The notes under the pieces were generated by a model that was given only the letters and a program-made list of their open reading frames with translations, did no database searches and had not been told where the DNA came from. A stretch of 64,000 bases of DNA from Sphyrna mokarran (Eukaryota), in the NCBI GenBank assembly GCA_024679065.1, contig JAGIQG010000040.1, forward strand, positions 4,092,001 through 4,156,000, in the 5' to 3' direction. Below, one piece after another: positions 61,791 to 64,000 of the stretch (positions are counted from its first letter, which is position 1; the number at the start of each line of letters is the position of its first letter). A program made the position numbers and the translations under genes.

Positions 61791-63749
61791 TCACACTTTC
61801 CAGCTTGGATTTGAAGATCCACCATCAGCAGGAGGAAGGGGTAAGAAATCAGACTACTCTGACACAGCCGCAGTTCATTTCCTCCCGATAGCCCGGGGAT
61901 GGAATTCACCCAGAAAATCTGGAAGGGTTAAACCTTATGAATTGACACAATTGTAATAAAGGGCCAGCTTCGATTTTTGAAGTAGTAAAATGCAAGTATG
62001 CTAATGTCGAACAACAAATTTCAGGACCAGCTATCGTCACATCCATCAATCCATTCACTGATTCCTCAAATAAAACATTCAGGCACCCAAATAACGTTCA
62101 TCCCTATATCAAGAGAAGCAATTCGTTATTTTTTGTGTAGATGATGATGCAATATTAATGCCAGTGGACAGTAATGCAAAAGCCCAAGCCAGAGATGTAG
62201 GAACACGAGATTAATTGCGATCATGGCAGCTGGTGGAATTTGATTTCAATCAATAAATCTGGACTCATACTTACAGTGACCAGATTAACCACTCTGATTC
62301 CCCAATCAAGGAAATCTACCCTCCTTACTTGTAACTCCAGATAGACAGCAATATCCGTAACTGGACAATGCTTTCTGAGATGCCCAAGTACACCAGTCAG
62401 TTGAAAATAAATTAAGCACAGAAAACAAATGTTTTTTCAGAGACTCCCACATCCCATGGAAGAATAAAGTGAAATAAAACACAAGCAGACTTGTTTATGT
62501 AGTTTAAATTATATCACCTCTCTGAATCAACTCTCACAATCTGCCTGTATTTACTTCTATGCACCGATCATTGTGTTTGATGTATTGGAGAGATCATCAT
62601 TGTTGCTAATAAGGTGCCAGAGAAGTTGGTTAGCCTTCTGTTCCTAAGAAATAGGAATCATTCATGTAGGGTTTATAACTTTAAAAATCATTAAGTTGCC
62701 TCCAGTACTGTTGCTGGACAGATTTGTTTATAAATAAACCCCATTGATAATGCTAAGAGTTTGAAGTTGGCTTGCAGCCAAGTGCTCAGCGCTGAGGAAA
62801 CAGATCTTCGAGTTTCTGAACAAACACCCTCAGATGCTTCCTGGAAATATCTTCGGGTAGTTGGCAGCAGGCTGGACTGCTGCCAAATACTGCATGGGAC
62901 AGATTAACGTGAATATTAAGAATAAAACGAGACTTAACCAGTTATACAATAAATGATTGATTCCCACAAGAAAGACGCCTTTTAAATTGCATTCATTCCA
63001 AGCAAATATTTTAAATGAATGCACGGCTCATTATGTGACCAAACAGTGTCAGAAACTAGAAAATTTGTAGGTGCTATTCAATTGTATAACTTCCAAATAA
63101 ATGTCCTTTCAACAATTAAAACCACTTTTTGAGCGACTTCGTGAAGTGCACGAAAGACATGTTGATGTCCCCAATCCCTCAGTCCAATAACATCAGTGTA
63201 ATGGAGCAAAAATGAAAATAATTAAAAGCAAAAACAGTCGCATAACTGCCTTGAACAACGAGGATTCCTGGAATACTCTCAGTCTTCTGCCCCTTATTAA
63301 AAAAAAAGTCTCTTGTACCTGAGTGCCATGTTCTGTTGTGCAGAATCATCTGATTTCGATTATTTAACAGTACCTCTCAGATCTGCCAATCTGTAAAGAA
63401 ATGACCAGTTCATAACCTAGTTCAACCAAATTAAAATATTTATTCTTGTGTTATTGTGCAATATGTCGCAAAATCCTGATGTCTGTGCTCCCATTACTAG
63501 TGAATGTTAGGCAGCTAGTGACTAATAAAATGAGCTGCAATAATTTGGATGCTGATTTTCCTTGTCCATTTTGATTCATTACATTCTCTGTCAAGTATCA
63601 ATTTCAATTTATATTTCTCTGTTAACTCAATTAATTATAAGCGAACCAGATTTCTTTTACCGTTAATTTTCACAGGGTCAAGGGACTTCTGGAGAAATAT
63701 AAGGTGTAACATTGTATCATGTGACATTTTCTTTTTTTAAAATTCATTC

Positions 63750-64000
63750 GTGGGCGGCACGGTGACACGGTTGTTAACATTTCTGCCTCACAACGCCAGG
63801 GACCCGGGTTCAATTCCCTGTTTGTGTCTCTGTGGAATCTGCACATTCTCCAATTGTCTGCCTATTTACTCATACGGGCCAAGAATTTACTGCTTAGGCT
63901 GATTGGCGATGACAATTTGTCCCGTGGTATCAAGGAAATTAGCAAGGAATATAAGAGGGATGATGGGCATAGGGCGTGAGTGGGAATGGTGTTCGACCCG
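63750..64000 (+). mobile_element. HE1-type SINE
   Basis: 'gggcggcacggtgacacgg...ctgcctcacaacgccagggacccgggttcaattcc'. Confidence 0.8.

Overview
Eukaryotic DNA, almost certainly a cartilaginous fish (shark), judged from HE1-type SINEs, CR1/HER1-type LINEs and shark-type GPR139-like GPCRs. The first ~12 kb is part of a T-cell receptor alpha/delta V cluster. It holds one apparently intact V gene with a canonical 23-RSS, one V pseudogene split by a ~5.8 kb nested LINE insertion, and one inverted V fragment. The outer element of the nested insertion carries massive, strand-specific A-to-G hypermutation over >1 kb, which looks like an ADAR-hyperedited RNA retrotransposed into the germline. The inner element is a young, near-intact full-length CR1. 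From 18 to 41 kb are two divergently oriented two-exon GPR139-like GPCR genes and an orphan duplicate first exon; each + strand first exon is preceded by a tRNA-Glu pseudogene. The rest is mostly transposon debris (CR1, Rex/Babar, L2-like, Penelope fragments with hammerhead-like cores, SINEs), local duplications and microsatellites, plus one RSS-like cassette near 46.85 kb. Repeat boundaries were judged by eye and are approximate.
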